Part shown: in pieces, positions 1 to 8,931 of the stretch
Numbering within the stretch: the stretch's first letter is position 1
Layout of the letters: each line of letters begins with the position of its first letter
NCBI RefSeq assembly: GCF_000022265.1
Contig: NC_011979.1
Span: forward strand, 2,310,001 to 2,342,000
Source: Geotalea daltonii FRC-32
GTDB taxonomy: Bacteria > Desulfobacterota > Desulfuromonadia > Geobacterales > Geobacteraceae
Length of the DNA: 32,000 nt
Direction of reading: 5' to 3'
Translations under genes and position numbers: made by a program
Notes under the pieces: generated by a model
What the model was told of the DNA's origin: nothing
What the model saw: the letters and a program-made list of their open reading frames with translations, nothing else
Database searches by the model: none

Positions 1-1047
1 TTCTGCCACAAAGGTGCCGATAAACTGACGGCCGATATCGAAGTGGCTGTCCACGTTATAGGCGAGTCCTTGATTGGAGCGGATTTCCTGGGTGAGGCGC
101 GAGGTGAAACCGCCGCCAAGTATGTAGTCCATGATCCTTACCGCGTAAAGGTCCGGGTTGTTCTTATCGATGCCCAGATCTCCCATGCGGATCACCGACT
201 GGCCAATATCCTTCCTTGCCAGCAACACCTCGGGCTTTATCTCCTTTTGCACCGGGGGGACGGGAGGGTATTCGACCGCCAACTTTTCCCAGCCGGCAAA
301 GGTCTTTTCCAGCTTTTCGATCAGCTCCTTCTTGTCGAAATCGCCGGCTACGGCGAGCATCATGGTATTGGGGTGGTAATATCGCTGATGGAATTTGATC
401 AGGTCATCCCTGCTGATGCTCTTCACCGTTTCGATGGTGGGTATTCTCCCCAAGGGGTGATTGGGATAGATGGCCTTTTGCAGTTCCCGGTCCGCCACTT
501 CCTTGGGGTTGTCATTCTGGCGGCGCAGCCCTTCGATGGTGCGATTTTTTGCCAGAGCCACCCGGTCCTCGCGAAAAGCCGGATTCATGGCCAGATCGGC
601 GAAGAGGAAAAGGGTCGTATCCAGATTCTTTTTCAGGCAGCTGAGGGAAATATTGCCCACGTCGGCGCCGATGCTTGATTCAATGGATGAAGCCATGAAT
701 TCAAGTTCCGCATCCAGCTTCTCCGGTGTTCTGGACCTGGTTCCGCCACTGCGCATTACCGCCCCGGTAAGCCCGGCCAGCCCGGCTTTGTCCGCCGGCT
801 CATAAATGCTGCCGGTCCTTATGTAGGCGGTGATGCTGACGATGGGGAGTTCGTGATCTTCCAGCATATGAACGATCATGCCGTTTTTAAGCTGTACCCG
901 CTCAGTTTTGGGAATCTCGAACTTAAGTGGCGAAAAGGCCATGGTTCGCGGGTTTGCCACCTGTGCGCCGGTGGTGCATCCTGAGATGACCAGCACCAGG
1001 CTGAGAAAAAAACCGCATCCAGTTAAAGCTCTTTTTATGTTTTTCAT
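1..1047 (-). CDS. M16-family peptidase-like lipoprotein, probable non-catalytic partner subunit (3' end outside window)
   Basis: Absent from the ORF track because it runs off the window. Manual reverse-strand translation from the ATG (complement of 1045-1047) gives MKNIKRALTGCGFFLSLVLVISGCTTGAQ (lipobox ISGC), then ...VHMLEDHELPIVSITAYIRTGSIYEPADKAGLAGLTGAVMRSGGT..., open for 349 codons to position 1. The sequence is M16-like, but the position of the HxxEH zinc motif reads GLAGL. Confidence 0.8.
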   Translation of the reverse strand, partial: MKNIKRALTGCGFFLSLVLVISGCTTGAQVANPRTMAFSPLKFEIPKTERVQLKNGMIVHMLEDHELPIVSITAYIRTGSIYEPADKAGLAGLTGAVMRSGGTRSRTPEKLDAELEFMASSIESSIGADVGNISLSCLKKNLDTTLFLFADLAMNPAFREDRVALAKNRTIEGLRRQNDNPKEVADRELQKAIYPNHPLGRIPTIETVKSISRDDLIKFHQRYYHPNTMMLAVAGDFDKKELIEKLEKTFAGWEKLAVEYPPVPPVQKEIKPEVLLARKDIGQSVIRMGDLGIDKNNPDLYAVRIMDYILGGGFTSRLTQEIRSNQGLAYNVDSHFDIGRQFIGTFVAE

Positions 1048-1086
1048 GGCTAACCTCGGAATGGTCTAGTTTTTTCAGAAGATGGG

Positions 1087-2583
1087 CTACTTGCCTGCCT
1101 GGCGCTTGGCGATGACTCCTACGATCCGGTTCGTCTTCACCAGGTATTTCTGCGCCACGCGTATGACGTCGTCGGGTGTCACCCTGGCGACATGCTGCCG
1201 GTGCTCGATCAGATAACGCCAGCTGCCGGTGGTCGCCTCGTATTCGGTGAGGTTTCTCGCCAGGCCACCGTTGGAAATCATCTGTCGTGATTCTTCGTAT
1301 TCCAGCTTGTTGAGTATCTGCTGCAGCTCGGGAGGGGTAACCGGTTCCTTTTTCAGCCGTTCCAGCTCCTCATAAACAGCCTCTTCCACCTCTTTTGCCG
1401 TATGTGGGTCCCGCGGGGTTGCAGCCAGGACATACAGATTCGGGTAGCGGGTTCCCGGCGCTGGAAATGAGGAAATATCGGTGGCCAGCTGTTTTTCCAC
1501 CACCAGCTTCTTGTGCAGTCTGGATGTGCGGCCATCGGCCAGCAGCATATCTATGACATCGAAGACGTAGTCATCGGGAGAGGGAAAGGTGGGCTTGTGA
1601 AAGGCTATGATCAGCTGCGACTCGGCGTCGGCCTCTACTTCGATCCGCTTTTCACCAAGCTGCTGTGGCTCTTCCACTGCAACCGGCTGCACCGGTGTTC
1701 CCGGCGCTATGTCACCAAAAAATTTTTCCACCAGGGCTATGGTCTCGGCAATTTTTATGTCGCCGACGATGGCTATAATGGCGTTGTTGGGGGCGTAATA
1801 TTTATGGAGGAAGGCCTCCGCCTTGGTCCGCGACAGGTTTTGCAGGTCGGACATCCAGCCGATGATCGGCTGACCGTAAGGATGGGCAACGAAGGCGGTG
1901 GCAACGAAATTCTCCCACAGTTGACCTTCCGGTTCCGTCTCATAGGAGCGGCGACGTTCTTCCATGACCACATCACGCTCCGTGTAAAACTCCCGCAGCA
2001 CGGCGTTCTTCATCCGGTCCGATTCAATGGCCGCCCATAGCTCCATCTTGTTGGCCGGCATGTTGATGAGGTAGGTGGTGCCGTCCTTGCTGGTGAAGGC
2101 GTTGTAGCCGGAGCCCCCATTCCTGGCATAGATCTGGGAGAATTCTTCCTTGACCACATACTTCTCCGCCGCTCTTTCCAGGGCGTAGAGCTCTTTTTTC
2201 AATTTGTCGATGGTTTCCTGATTGGCATTTTCCCGTCTGGATTTTTCAAGCATCAGGGCCTGGGCAGTCTGCTCGATCTTGTCCAGGAGAGGCTTTTCTT
2301 CGGCATAATTGGTGGTGCCCAGGGTCTTGGTGCCCTTGAAGAGCATGTGCTCCAGAAGGTGGGCCAGCCCTCGCTCGTCGCTGCGCTCGTCGACGCTGCC
2401 GACCCGGTACCTGATCCAGGCGGCGACGGTGGGGGAGGTATGGCGCTCGACCAAGAGGAGCTTCATGCCATTTTTCATGGTATATTCCTTCACCTTGTCC
2501 TCAAGACCCTGGCAAAAGGCAAATGGGGTGGTAAAGACGACGCACAGAACGGTAAATAGGACGATTCGCTGCAAGGCATTCAT
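1087..2583 (-). CDS. M16-family zinc metallopeptidase (pitrilysin-like), secreted
   Basis: ORF 1087-2658, with the start trimmed to the ATG at 2583. This start gives a signal-like N-terminus (MNALQRIVLFTVLCVVFTTPFAFC) and has GAAAGG upstream. The inverted zincin motif HLLEH (HxxEH) is present in GLAHLLEHMLFKGT. TAG stop at 1087-1089. Confidence 0.9.
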   Translation of the reverse strand: MNALQRIVLFTVLCVVFTTPFAFCQGLEDKVKEYTMKNGMKLLLVERHTSPTVAAWIRYRVGSVDERSDERGLAHLLEHMLFKGTKTLGTTNYAEEKPLLDKIEQTAQALMLEKSRRENANQETIDKLKKELYALERAAEKYVVKEEFSQIYARNGGSGYNAFTSKDGTTYLINMPANKMELWAAIESDRMKNAVLREFYTERDVVMEERRRSYETEPEGQLWENFVATAFVAHPYGQPIIGWMSDLQNLSRTKAEAFLHKYYAPNNAIIAIVGDIKIAETIALVEKFFGDIAPGTPVQPVAVEEPQQLGEKRIEVEADAESQLIIAFHKPTFPSPDDYVFDVIDMLLADGRTSRLHKKLVVEKQLATDISSFPAPGTRYPNLYVLAATPRDPHTAKEVEEAVYEELERLKKEPVTPPELQQILNKLEYEESRQMISNGGLARNLTEYEATTGSWRYLIEHRQHVARVTPDDVIRVAQKYLVKTNRIVGVIAKRQAGK

Positions 2584-2738
2584 GATGGTAGGACCTTTCG
2601 CTGTGATGGATTTTTTGCAGAGAGCCGTATAAATACCATTAAGAAGATGGTAAGGCAATGGCTAAAAATACATTGTTTGATGTGATGCGGCTATAGGATG
2701 GGGTTTCGTCTTTAAAATTTCTAATTTTACTGCTGAAC

Positions 2739-3971
2739 TCATTCTTGGGGGTAGATGCTGGAGATGTGCCGTATGATGTCCAGGGAATCAAAAAATGCCT
2801 CGACCACTTCCGGATCGAACTGCCGTCCCGATTCGCTGCGCAGCTTCTCCAGAACCTCTGCTTCGCTCCACGCCTCCTTGTAGCATCTCTGGGAGCAGAG
2901 GGCGTCATAGACATCGGCTATGGCCACTATCCTGCCGAAAAGGGGTATCTCCTCCCCCTTCTTGCCGAGCGGAGCCCCATCTGAATTCAGCTGCCCCGGC
3001 AGAGGTTCCCCGCTCCGGCGGTTCACATGGCCCGGATAACCTTGCCCATCCCAACGCTCGTGATGGTTCAGTGCCACCACGTAAGCAGCCTCGTCAACAT
3101 CGGAGTAGAGCTCGGCGAAGAGGCGGGCACCAAGCACCGTGTGCTGCTTCATAATATCGAATTCTTCCGGGGTAAAGCGGCCCGGTTTCTTCATGATGAC
3201 ATCGGAAATGGCCACCTTGCCCACATCATGGAGCATGGCCGCCATGGTCAGGATATCCTTGTTCCGCTCAATTTCAGCAGGGGGGATGTTTTTTTTCATG
3301 GCCCATGTCTCATAGATGGCCGAAGAATACGCGCCGACCCTTTTTACGTGAGGGCCGGTCTCCTTGGGGTCCCGCAGTTCCGCCATCATGTTCATGCGCA
3401 TGATGATCCCCCTGGTCAGTTTGGCCCGCTCCACTGCATTTGCTGCATTATTGGCAAAGTGCACAAGGAGGGGTTCATCTTCAGCAGCAAATGGGGCCGG
3501 TGCACCGCCTCCATCCTTGGCATTTATCAGCTGCAGTACTCCGGTAATTTCGCCGCGGGCCGTCTTGAGCGGGAAGGTAAGCATGGATCGGGTCCGGTAG
3601 CCGGCGATGTCGTCATAACTTTTGTCAAAAGAAAAAGGATCATTATCTGTGAGCTGATATACATCGGCGATGTTTACCGCTTCCCCTGAGGCCGCAACGT
3701 GCCCGGCAATGGAGTGGTGGTCGATGGGGATGGAAAATGTGGAATAGATGAGTTTTTTACCCGGAGGCAGTTTTTTCTGCAGGGTATCATTCTGGGTGTA
3801 GCTGAAGAGCAGCTTCTCCTCTTCCCTGATGTAGATGGACCCGGCGTCTGCCCTGGTAAAATTTCTGGCCTCCAGGAGGATCTTTTCCAGCAACAGATCG
3901 ATGTCGTTGATGCGGGAAATCACCAGCCCAAGATCGATGATCCTTTGCAGTTTGCCGCTCATTTTCGTCAT
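2739..3971 (-). CDS. GAF domain / HD-GYP domain protein (putative cyclic-di-GMP phosphodiesterase)
   Basis: 410-aa ORF with an N-terminal GAF-like region. The C-terminal part carries the HD motif (MLHDVGKV) and the HD-GYP signature HHERWDGQGYPGH. Confidence 0.85.
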   Translation of the reverse strand: MTKMSGKLQRIIDLGLVISRINDIDLLLEKILLEARNFTRADAGSIYIREEEKLLFSYTQNDTLQKKLPPGKKLIYSTFSIPIDHHSIAGHVAASGEAVNIADVYQLTDNDPFSFDKSYDDIAGYRTRSMLTFPLKTARGEITGVLQLINAKDGGGAPAPFAAEDEPLLVHFANNAANAVERAKLTRGIIMRMNMMAELRDPKETGPHVKRVGAYSSAIYETWAMKKNIPPAEIERNKDILTMAAMLHDVGKVAISDVIMKKPGRFTPEEFDIMKQHTVLGARLFAELYSDVDEAAYVVALNHHERWDGQGYPGHVNRRSGEPLPGQLNSDGAPLGKKGEEIPLFGRIVAIADVYDALCSQRCYKEAWSEAEVLEKLRSESGRQFDPEVVEAFFDSLDIIRHISSIYPQE

Positions 3972-4154
3972 GGATTCACCATCCGCCGGTCAATTTCATT
4001 AAGGAGTGGAGTGTCTTCATTATAGAAAGTTTTGCGTATCTTGCCATACATTTATTTCAGGTAACGATGGAAGCTACTTCGAAACTCCTTTTGTTTGGCG
4101 ACAGGTTGTTGTGGTAGAGTTAAACCACATGCCAATTGAACCTGCGGGGGTAAC

Positions 4155-5294
4155 ATGAGTCTGTTTCTGTTGTCGTTCTTTCTTATCTACGGTAGCCTGC
4201 ACGCATATGTCTTTTTCAAGGCTAAAGAGGCTATGGCATTCGGTAATGCCATGGCTGCCATGATGGTTGTTTTTTTTGTCATCATGGTCATATCCCCGGT
4301 GCTGGTGCGGGTAACCGAATTGCACGGCATGCATCCCACAGCCAGCGTCATTGCCCATATCAGCTATACATGGATGGGTTTTCTCTTTCTTTTTTTTTCC
4401 GCTTCAATTGCCGTCAAACTATACAATTTGCTGCTGATCGTTGCAGGAAAGCTGTTCGACCGGGGATTCTCAGATTTTGCTTTGCAAGCAGTCCCTGGTT
4501 TTTATCTCCCTCTGCTCATTGCTGCCGTTATTTCCATGTATGGATTTTTTGAAGCCCGCCACATAAAAGCAGAGCGGATCACCATTACTTCGCCCAAAAT
4601 GCCCGTAGCGGTGAAAAAACTGGTGGTGGTGCAGATCTCCGACCTGCATCTGGGAGTTATGGTCGGGAAGGATCGTCTGACAAAGGTTCTTGAGCTGGTA
4701 AAGGCGGAGGATCCTGACATGGTGGTCTCCACAGGGGACCTGCTCGACAGTCAGCTGGACGGACTGGGAGTGATGGTGCCGCTCCTGCAGGAGCTGAAGC
4801 CCCCTCTGGGCAAATTTGCCGTCACCGGCAATCATGAGGTCTACGCCGGCTTGCAACAGGCCCTTTCCTTTATGGAAAAGGCGGATTTCAAAATACTTCG
4901 CCACGAGACTGCTGCCGTTGCCGGTCTGCTTGATCTAGTCGGAGTAGATGATCCGGCTTCCCTGCGGGACTCCAGGAAAAAGGCGCCGGCAGAAACCGAT
5001 CTGCTTGCCGGACTTTCAAGAAATCGTTTCACCCTGCTCCTCAAGCATCGTCCGGTAATCGAACCTGCATCCCTCGGGCTGTTCGACCTGCAGCTGTCGG
5101 GTCACGTTCACAAGGGACAGATATTTCCATTCAACCTGCTGACCCACCTTTTTTACCCGGTGAAGATGGGCCTCTCCCGCCATCCAAACAATTCCTCCCT
5201 CTATGTAAGCCGCGGTACCGGCACCTGGGGGCCGCCGATCCGCTTTCTTGCCCCGCCCGAGATTACCGTCATCACCATCATCCCTGCTCGTTAA
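4155..5294 (+). CDS. Membrane-anchored metallophosphoesterase (YaeI/YkuE-like)
   Basis: 379-aa ORF with several N-terminal hydrophobic helices. Calcineurin-like phosphoesterase motifs are present: SDLHLG, TGDLLD, GNHE, GHVHKG. Confidence 0.85.
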   Translation: MSLFLLSFFLIYGSLHAYVFFKAKEAMAFGNAMAAMMVVFFVIMVISPVLVRVTELHGMHPTASVIAHISYTWMGFLFLFFSASIAVKLYNLLLIVAGKLFDRGFSDFALQAVPGFYLPLLIAAVISMYGFFEARHIKAERITITSPKMPVAVKKLVVVQISDLHLGVMVGKDRLTKVLELVKAEDPDMVVSTGDLLDSQLDGLGVMVPLLQELKPPLGKFAVTGNHEVYAGLQQALSFMEKADFKILRHETAAVAGLLDLVGVDDPASLRDSRKKAPAETDLLAGLSRNRFTLLLKHRPVIEPASLGLFDLQLSGHVHKGQIFPFNLLTHLFYPVKMGLSRHPNNSSLYVSRGTGTWGPPIRFLAPPEITVITIIPAR

Positions 5295-5377
5295 CCATGT
5301 AAGCCTGGTTGGTTGACGACGGCGTCGCTCTATGCTAAAACATCCGGGCGTATTTAACCCAAAAGAGGGAGTGCTTT

Positions 5378-6559
5378 GTGCAGACCTTTGGCGAAGAGCT
5401 TGAATCATTGCGTGCAGCCGGGCTTTTCCGTTCCATGCGCCTGGTGGAGGGGGAACAGTCGAGCCGGATCATTCTTGATGGGCGGGAGGTCTTGCTTCTT
5501 TGTTCCAACAACTACCTGGGGCTGGCGGATCATCCCCTGCTCAAGGAAGCTGCCATCAGAGCCGTCGAACGCTTTGGCGTGGGGAGCGGCGCAGCACGGC
5601 TCGTTTCCGGCAATATGGAGCTGCATTTCCGCCTGGAAGAGCGGATTGCCGCCTTCAAGGGGACCGAAGCGGCCCTGGTCTTCAATTCCGGCTATGCTGC
5701 CAATACCGGTATCATCTCCGCCATCGCCGGACGTGGAGACCTTATTTTTTCCGACCGGCTGAACCACGCCAGCATTGTCGACGGTGCTCTCCTTTCCCGG
5801 GCCAAGGTTATCCGCTATTCCCACAACGACATGGTGGCATTGCGCCGCCTGCTGGAGGAGAACCGCTCCACATCCGGCCGCCGGATCATTGTCACCGATG
5901 GCGTTTTCAGCATGGACGGCGACCTGGCCGAGCTGGCCGAGCTGGCGGCCCTGAAGGAGGAGTTCGGCGCGCTGCTGATGGTGGACGATGCCCATGGCAC
6001 CGGCGTCCTGGGGGAGCATGGGCGGGGGAGCGCCGAACTGTGCGGGGTCATGGACAGGGTTGACATACACATGGGGACCCTGGGCAAGGCCCTGGGGAGT
6101 TTTGGCGCCTATGCCGCTGCATCTAAGGAAATCATCGATTACCTGGTAAACAGGGCCCGCAGCTTCATCTTTTCCACCTCCCTGCCACCGGCGGTGCTGG
6201 CTGCCTCCATTGCCGCTTTCGACCTGGTTGATTCTCAGGCAGGAGCCGATCTGCGAAAAGGATTGGCGGCGAACAGCACCCGGTTCAAGGATGGGCTGGA
6301 AAATGCCGGCTTCAATACCATGGGGAGCGAAACGCAGATTGTCCCGGCCTTTGTCGGCGGTGCGGCAGAGACCATGAAGTTTTCCAGAAAACTGCTGGAT
6401 CAGGGCATTTTTGTCCAGGGGATCAGGCCGCCGACCGTGCCGGTTGGCAGCTGCCGCCTGCGCTGCACGCTTATGGCTACCCATTCTCAGGCCGATGTGG
6501 ACCGGGCAGTGTCGGCCATTGCCCATGTGGGCAGAAAGCTTGGCGTAACAGGCTGTTGA
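5378..6559 (+). CDS. bioF: 8-amino-7-oxononanoate synthase
   Basis: 393-aa ORF with a GTG start 7 nt after GAGGGA. It looks like an alpha-oxoamine synthase family member ([19 protein letters not shown]-lysine context GTLGKALG) and sits next to bioH/bioC-type genes. Confidence 0.9.
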   Translation: MQTFGEELESLRAAGLFRSMRLVEGEQSSRIILDGREVLLLCSNNYLGLADHPLLKEAAIRAVERFGVGSGAARLVSGNMELHFRLEERIAAFKGTEAALVFNSGYAANTGIISAIAGRGDLIFSDRLNHASIVDGALLSRAKVIRYSHNDMVALRRLLEENRSTSGRRIIVTDGVFSMDGDLAELAELAALKEEFGALLMVDDAHGTGVLGEHGRGSAELCGVMDRVDIHMGTLGKALGSFGAYAAASKEIIDYLVNRARSFIFSTSLPPAVLAASIAAFDLVDSQAGADLRKGLAANSTRFKDGLENAGFNTMGSETQIVPAFVGGAAETMKFSRKLLDQGIFVQGIRPPTVPVGSCRLRCTLMATHSQADVDRAVSAIAHVGRKLGVTGC

Positions 6560-6688
6560 AAAACTATTGCGGTTCCGATCTGCTGTGTTACCGCTCACTC
6601 AAAACCTCAACGTACAGAGGGTACGCCTCGGTTTTTCGTTCGCTAAGCCTTGCATCTCGGCATCCTCTTAACGTTTTTCAAAAGCCTG
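6549..6688. repeat. MITE-like element copy A with terminal inverted repeats (inverted relative to copy B at 11836-11993)
   Basis: Ends are CAGGCTGTTGAAAAAC (6549-6564) and GTTTTTCAAAAGCCTG (6673-6688), a 15/16 inverted match. It aligns by eye with the reverse complement of 11836-11993. Shared blocks are GTTGAAAAACTATTGCGG (18/18), CTCAACGTACA-AGGGTACG, AGCCTTGCAT and ACGTTTTTCAA. Confidence 0.75.
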
Positions 6689-6703
6689 TGCAATCACTGA
6701 GGT

Positions 6704-7528
6704 ATGGGGAAGATGGCTTTTTTCGAAACCAGCGATGGCGTGACAATTCACTATGGGGATCTTGGCCAGGGAGGACCGCTGGTTTTCGTCCACGGCTGGG
6801 CCATGTCCAGTGTGGTCTGGAGTTTTCAGCGGGAGCTGGCCGACCGCCGTCGGCTGATCGCCATGGACCTGCGCGGTCACGGCCAGTCTGCGCCCTCGGA
6901 AAACGTCACCCTCGAAGCGTTTGCCAACGACCTGATCGAGCTTTTCACCCGGCTGGACCTGCACGATGCCGTCCTTGTCGGCTGGTCCATGGGGGTGCAG
7001 GTGGTATTGCAGGCTTTCAACAGTCTGCGACCGCGCCTTGCCGGTCTGGTACTGGCGGGTGGAACACCCCGTTTCAGCGCTGCTGCCGATTATCCCCACG
7101 GTTTACCGCCGGTGGAGGTGAAGGGGATGGGTGTTCGCCTGAAACGGGACTACCAGAAAACCATGGGCGATTTTTTTCGGGGCATGTTTGCCGAAGGGGA
7201 GCCGGACCGGGAGCAGTATCAGCGCATCGTCCACGAGATTGTCCTGAAAGGGCGATCCCCGGAGCCAGTGGTGGCGCGAAAGGCACTGCAGGTGCTGGCA
7301 GATGCAGACCTGCGCCCCCTTCTTTCCAGGATTGACCGGCCGGTACTGCTCATTCACGGCCGGAACGATACCATTTGCAGGCCGGAAGCTTCCAGTTACA
7401 TGGCTGAAATGCTTCCCATGGCGCGTCTGCAGATGGTTGATGGCGGCCATGCGCCATTCATGGCCCGTTCGGCAGAATTTAACGGCCTGATCAGGGCCTT
7501 TATGGAGGAAATCATTGGGCGGCATTGA
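6704..7528 (+). CDS. bioH: Alpha/beta hydrolase, probable pimeloyl-ACP methyl ester esterase
   Basis: 274-aa ORF with an HGW oxyanion region (VFVHGWAM) and nucleophile elbow GWSMG. It lies between bioF and bioC and overlaps bioC by 14 nt. The start could also be the ATG at 6713. Confidence 0.7.
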   Translation: MGKMAFFETSDGVTIHYGDLGQGGPLVFVHGWAMSSVVWSFQRELADRRRLIAMDLRGHGQSAPSENVTLEAFANDLIELFTRLDLHDAVLVGWSMGVQVVLQAFNSLRPRLAGLVLAGGTPRFSAAADYPHGLPPVEVKGMGVRLKRDYQKTMGDFFRGMFAEGEPDREQYQRIVHEIVLKGRSPEPVVARKALQVLADADLRPLLSRIDRPVLLIHGRNDTICRPEASSYMAEMLPMARLQMVDGGHAPFMARSAEFNGLIRAFMEEIIGRH

Positions 7529-8315
7529 TCGAGAGAAGGTAAAAGGCTCTTTCCATCGCCAGGCGGCAACCTACGACCAGCATGCCAGGGTGCAGAAGCA
7601 GGTGGTGGCAAATCTCCTGGACGAGGTGCGGAAAGAGGCTGGCAATCCCGGCAAGATCCTGGATGTCGGGTCCGGCACCGGCAGGCTCTTGGCCGAGCTG
7701 CATCGTCTCCATCCGGAGGCCCAACTCTTCGGCGTAGACCTGGCACTGGGCATGTGCATCACTGCCAGCGCCCATCTTGCAGCAGGAACCTTTGTCACCG
7801 CCGATGCGGAGTCGCTCCCGTTCATGGACGGCGCCTTCAACCTGGTCACTTCCACCTCCACCTATCAATGGCTTCCAAACCTCGGTCATGCCTTTGCCGA
7901 GGTGCGTCGGGTCCTGGCTCCGGGGGGTACCTTTCTCTTTGCCCTTTTCGGTGAACGAACTCTTTTCGAGCTGAAGGATGCCCATTTTCTGGCGCTGAAG
8001 CGGGAAGGGGAGGTGGAGGATATCACCCACCGCTTTTTTCCCAAAGCAAGGGTTGAGGAGGCATTGGCTGGTGCCGGATTTAGTCTGTGCCGGGTGGAGT
8101 CGACGCTGGAGGTGGAACTTCATGCCGACGTCACGGCTCTGCTTAAATCATTGAAAAAAATCGGTGCCGGCAATGCTTCTCCCAGGGCCTCTGCCGGCCT
8201 TTACGGTCGCCAACGCATGCTGGCGATGATGGATATTTATCGGGAGAAATATGGAACTGCCGACGGCATTCCTGCCACCTATGAGGTCATTTATGGTGCA
8301 GGACGGTGCCCATGA
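7515..8315 (+). CDS. bioC: Malonyl-ACP O-methyltransferase (class I SAM methyltransferase)
   Basis: 266-aa ORF with a TTG start overlapping the bioH end. The N-terminus (FHRQAATYDQHARVQ) and SAM motif I (ILDVGSGTG) are typical of BioC, and the gene lies in a bio cluster. Confidence 0.8.
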   Translation: MGGIDREKVKGSFHRQAATYDQHARVQKQVVANLLDEVRKEAGNPGKILDVGSGTGRLLAELHRLHPEAQLFGVDLALGMCITASAHLAAGTFVTADAESLPFMDGAFNLVTSTSTYQWLPNLGHAFAEVRRVLAPGGTFLFALFGERTLFELKDAHFLALKREGEVEDITHRFFPKARVEEALAGAGFSLCRVESTLEVELHADVTALLKSLKKIGAGNASPRASAGLYGRQRMLAMMDIYREKYGTADGIPATYEVIYGAGRCP

Positions 8316-8328
8316 GCTGCTTAATTGG

Positions 8329-8358
8329 TTGACACGGGGCGTGCCGCCGGTGTATTAG
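8329..8358 (+). promoter_or_regulatory. Candidate sigma70-type promoter for hisI-hisG
   Basis: TTGACA (8329-8334), an 18-nt spacer, then TATTAG (8353-8358). It lies about 40 nt upstream of the hisI start. Sequence match only. Confidence 0.3.
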
Positions 8359-8399
8359 AGAGTACTTTTTCAAGTAAGACCAAGGAAGGATGTATTGTC

Positions 8400-8780
8400 A
8401 TGATCAAGATCGATTTCGATAAGATGGGGGGGCTGATTCCGGCGGTGATCCAGGATTACCAGTCGGGCGAGGTGTTGATGGTGGCCTTCATGGATCAGAA
8501 AACCCTGGATTTGACCCTGAAGGACGGCAAGACCTGGTTTTTCAGCCGCACCCGCAACAAGTACTGGATGAAGGGCGAGGAGTCGGGCAACACCCAGGAG
8601 GTTATGGAGGTCCTTACTGACTGCGACGCAGACACTGTCGTCATCAAGGTGAAGCAGAACGGACCCGCTGCCTGCCACACCGGCAACAGGAGCTGCTTTT
8701 ACGTGAAGTGGGAGGATGGACAGTGGGTGGAGCATTCCAATCCCTTATTCGATCCTAACGAAGTTTATAAGAAGGGATGA
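8400..8780 (+). CDS. hisI: Phosphoribosyl-AMP cyclohydrolase (monofunctional)
   Basis: ORF 8325-8780 trimmed to the ATG at 8400, which is preceded by AAGGAAGGA. The sequence MIKIDFDKMGGLIPAVIQDY...FMDQKTL...RNKYWMKGEESGN...DCDADTV...ACHTGNRSCF is typical of HisI. Confidence 0.9.
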   Translation: MIKIDFDKMGGLIPAVIQDYQSGEVLMVAFMDQKTLDLTLKDGKTWFFSRTRNKYWMKGEESGNTQEVMEVLTDCDADTVVIKVKQNGPAACHTGNRSCFYVKWEDGQWVEHSNPLFDPNEVYKKG

Positions 8781-8829
8781 ATCCGCTTTTTACGCCATAT
8801 CTGCGTTGGTCTTCGGCGCTCTTTCGTGC

Positions 8830-8848
8830 GGCGTAGCGCTGCTACGCC
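8830..8848 (+). other. GC-rich hairpin in the hisI-hisG spacer
   Basis: GGCGTAGC-GCT-GCTACGCC forms a perfect 8-bp stem. It can be extended imperfectly by GTGC/GCAC and CTC/GAG. No T-tract follows, so it is not a canonical terminator. Confidence 0.5.
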
Positions 8849-8931
8849 TCCTCGGAGCACCTTGCCCGCCTTGATCTGACGAAAAAAATCGAATTCAGTG
8901 GGGGTAAAATCTTTAAAGAAAGGCGTTGCAC

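Noticed and set aside
2739-3971. Functional link between the GAF/HD-GYP (c-di-GMP phosphodiesterase-type) gene and the GEMM-I riboswitch about 6 kb away.
   Set aside because: The two are separated by unrelated housekeeping operons on the other strand. Bacteria of this type encode many c-di-GMP enzymes, so co-occurrence within 32 kb is not evidence of a dedicated circuit.
5295-5377. Possible BirA/bioO-type operator upstream of bioF. TGTAAGCC at about 5298-5305 resembles the E. coli half-site TGTAAACC, and there is a CGACG-G-CGTCG palindrome at about 5316-5326.
   Set aside because: No matching inverted half-site lies at the expected spacing. The small palindrome is GC-rich and could arise by chance. 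I can support only a weak TTGACG-17-TAAAAC promoter-like match (5313-5341), so no operator is called.
5405-6598. Long antisense ORFs opposite real genes. Examples: 5405-6598(-) opposite bioF, 43-678(+) opposite the M16 gene, 13823-14713(+) opposite ettA, 15310-16395(-) opposite lysS, 22023-22823(-) opposite lpxD/fabZ, and 30465-31631(-) opposite the adaptor gene.
   Set aside because: Their translations are low-complexity (rich in R, G, P, A), carry no recognisable motifs and have no SD. The opposite strand in each case encodes a protein with clear family signatures. These are typical shadow ORFs in moderately GC-rich DNA.
8781-8925. Whether the hisI-hisG spacer is a third copy of the inverted-repeat element family (6549-6688 and 11836-11993).
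   Set aside because: Only short words are shared. The GTTGAAAAAC/GTTTTTCAAC ends and the central CGTAC-N5-GTACG hairpin are absent. I could not produce a convincing alignment by eye.
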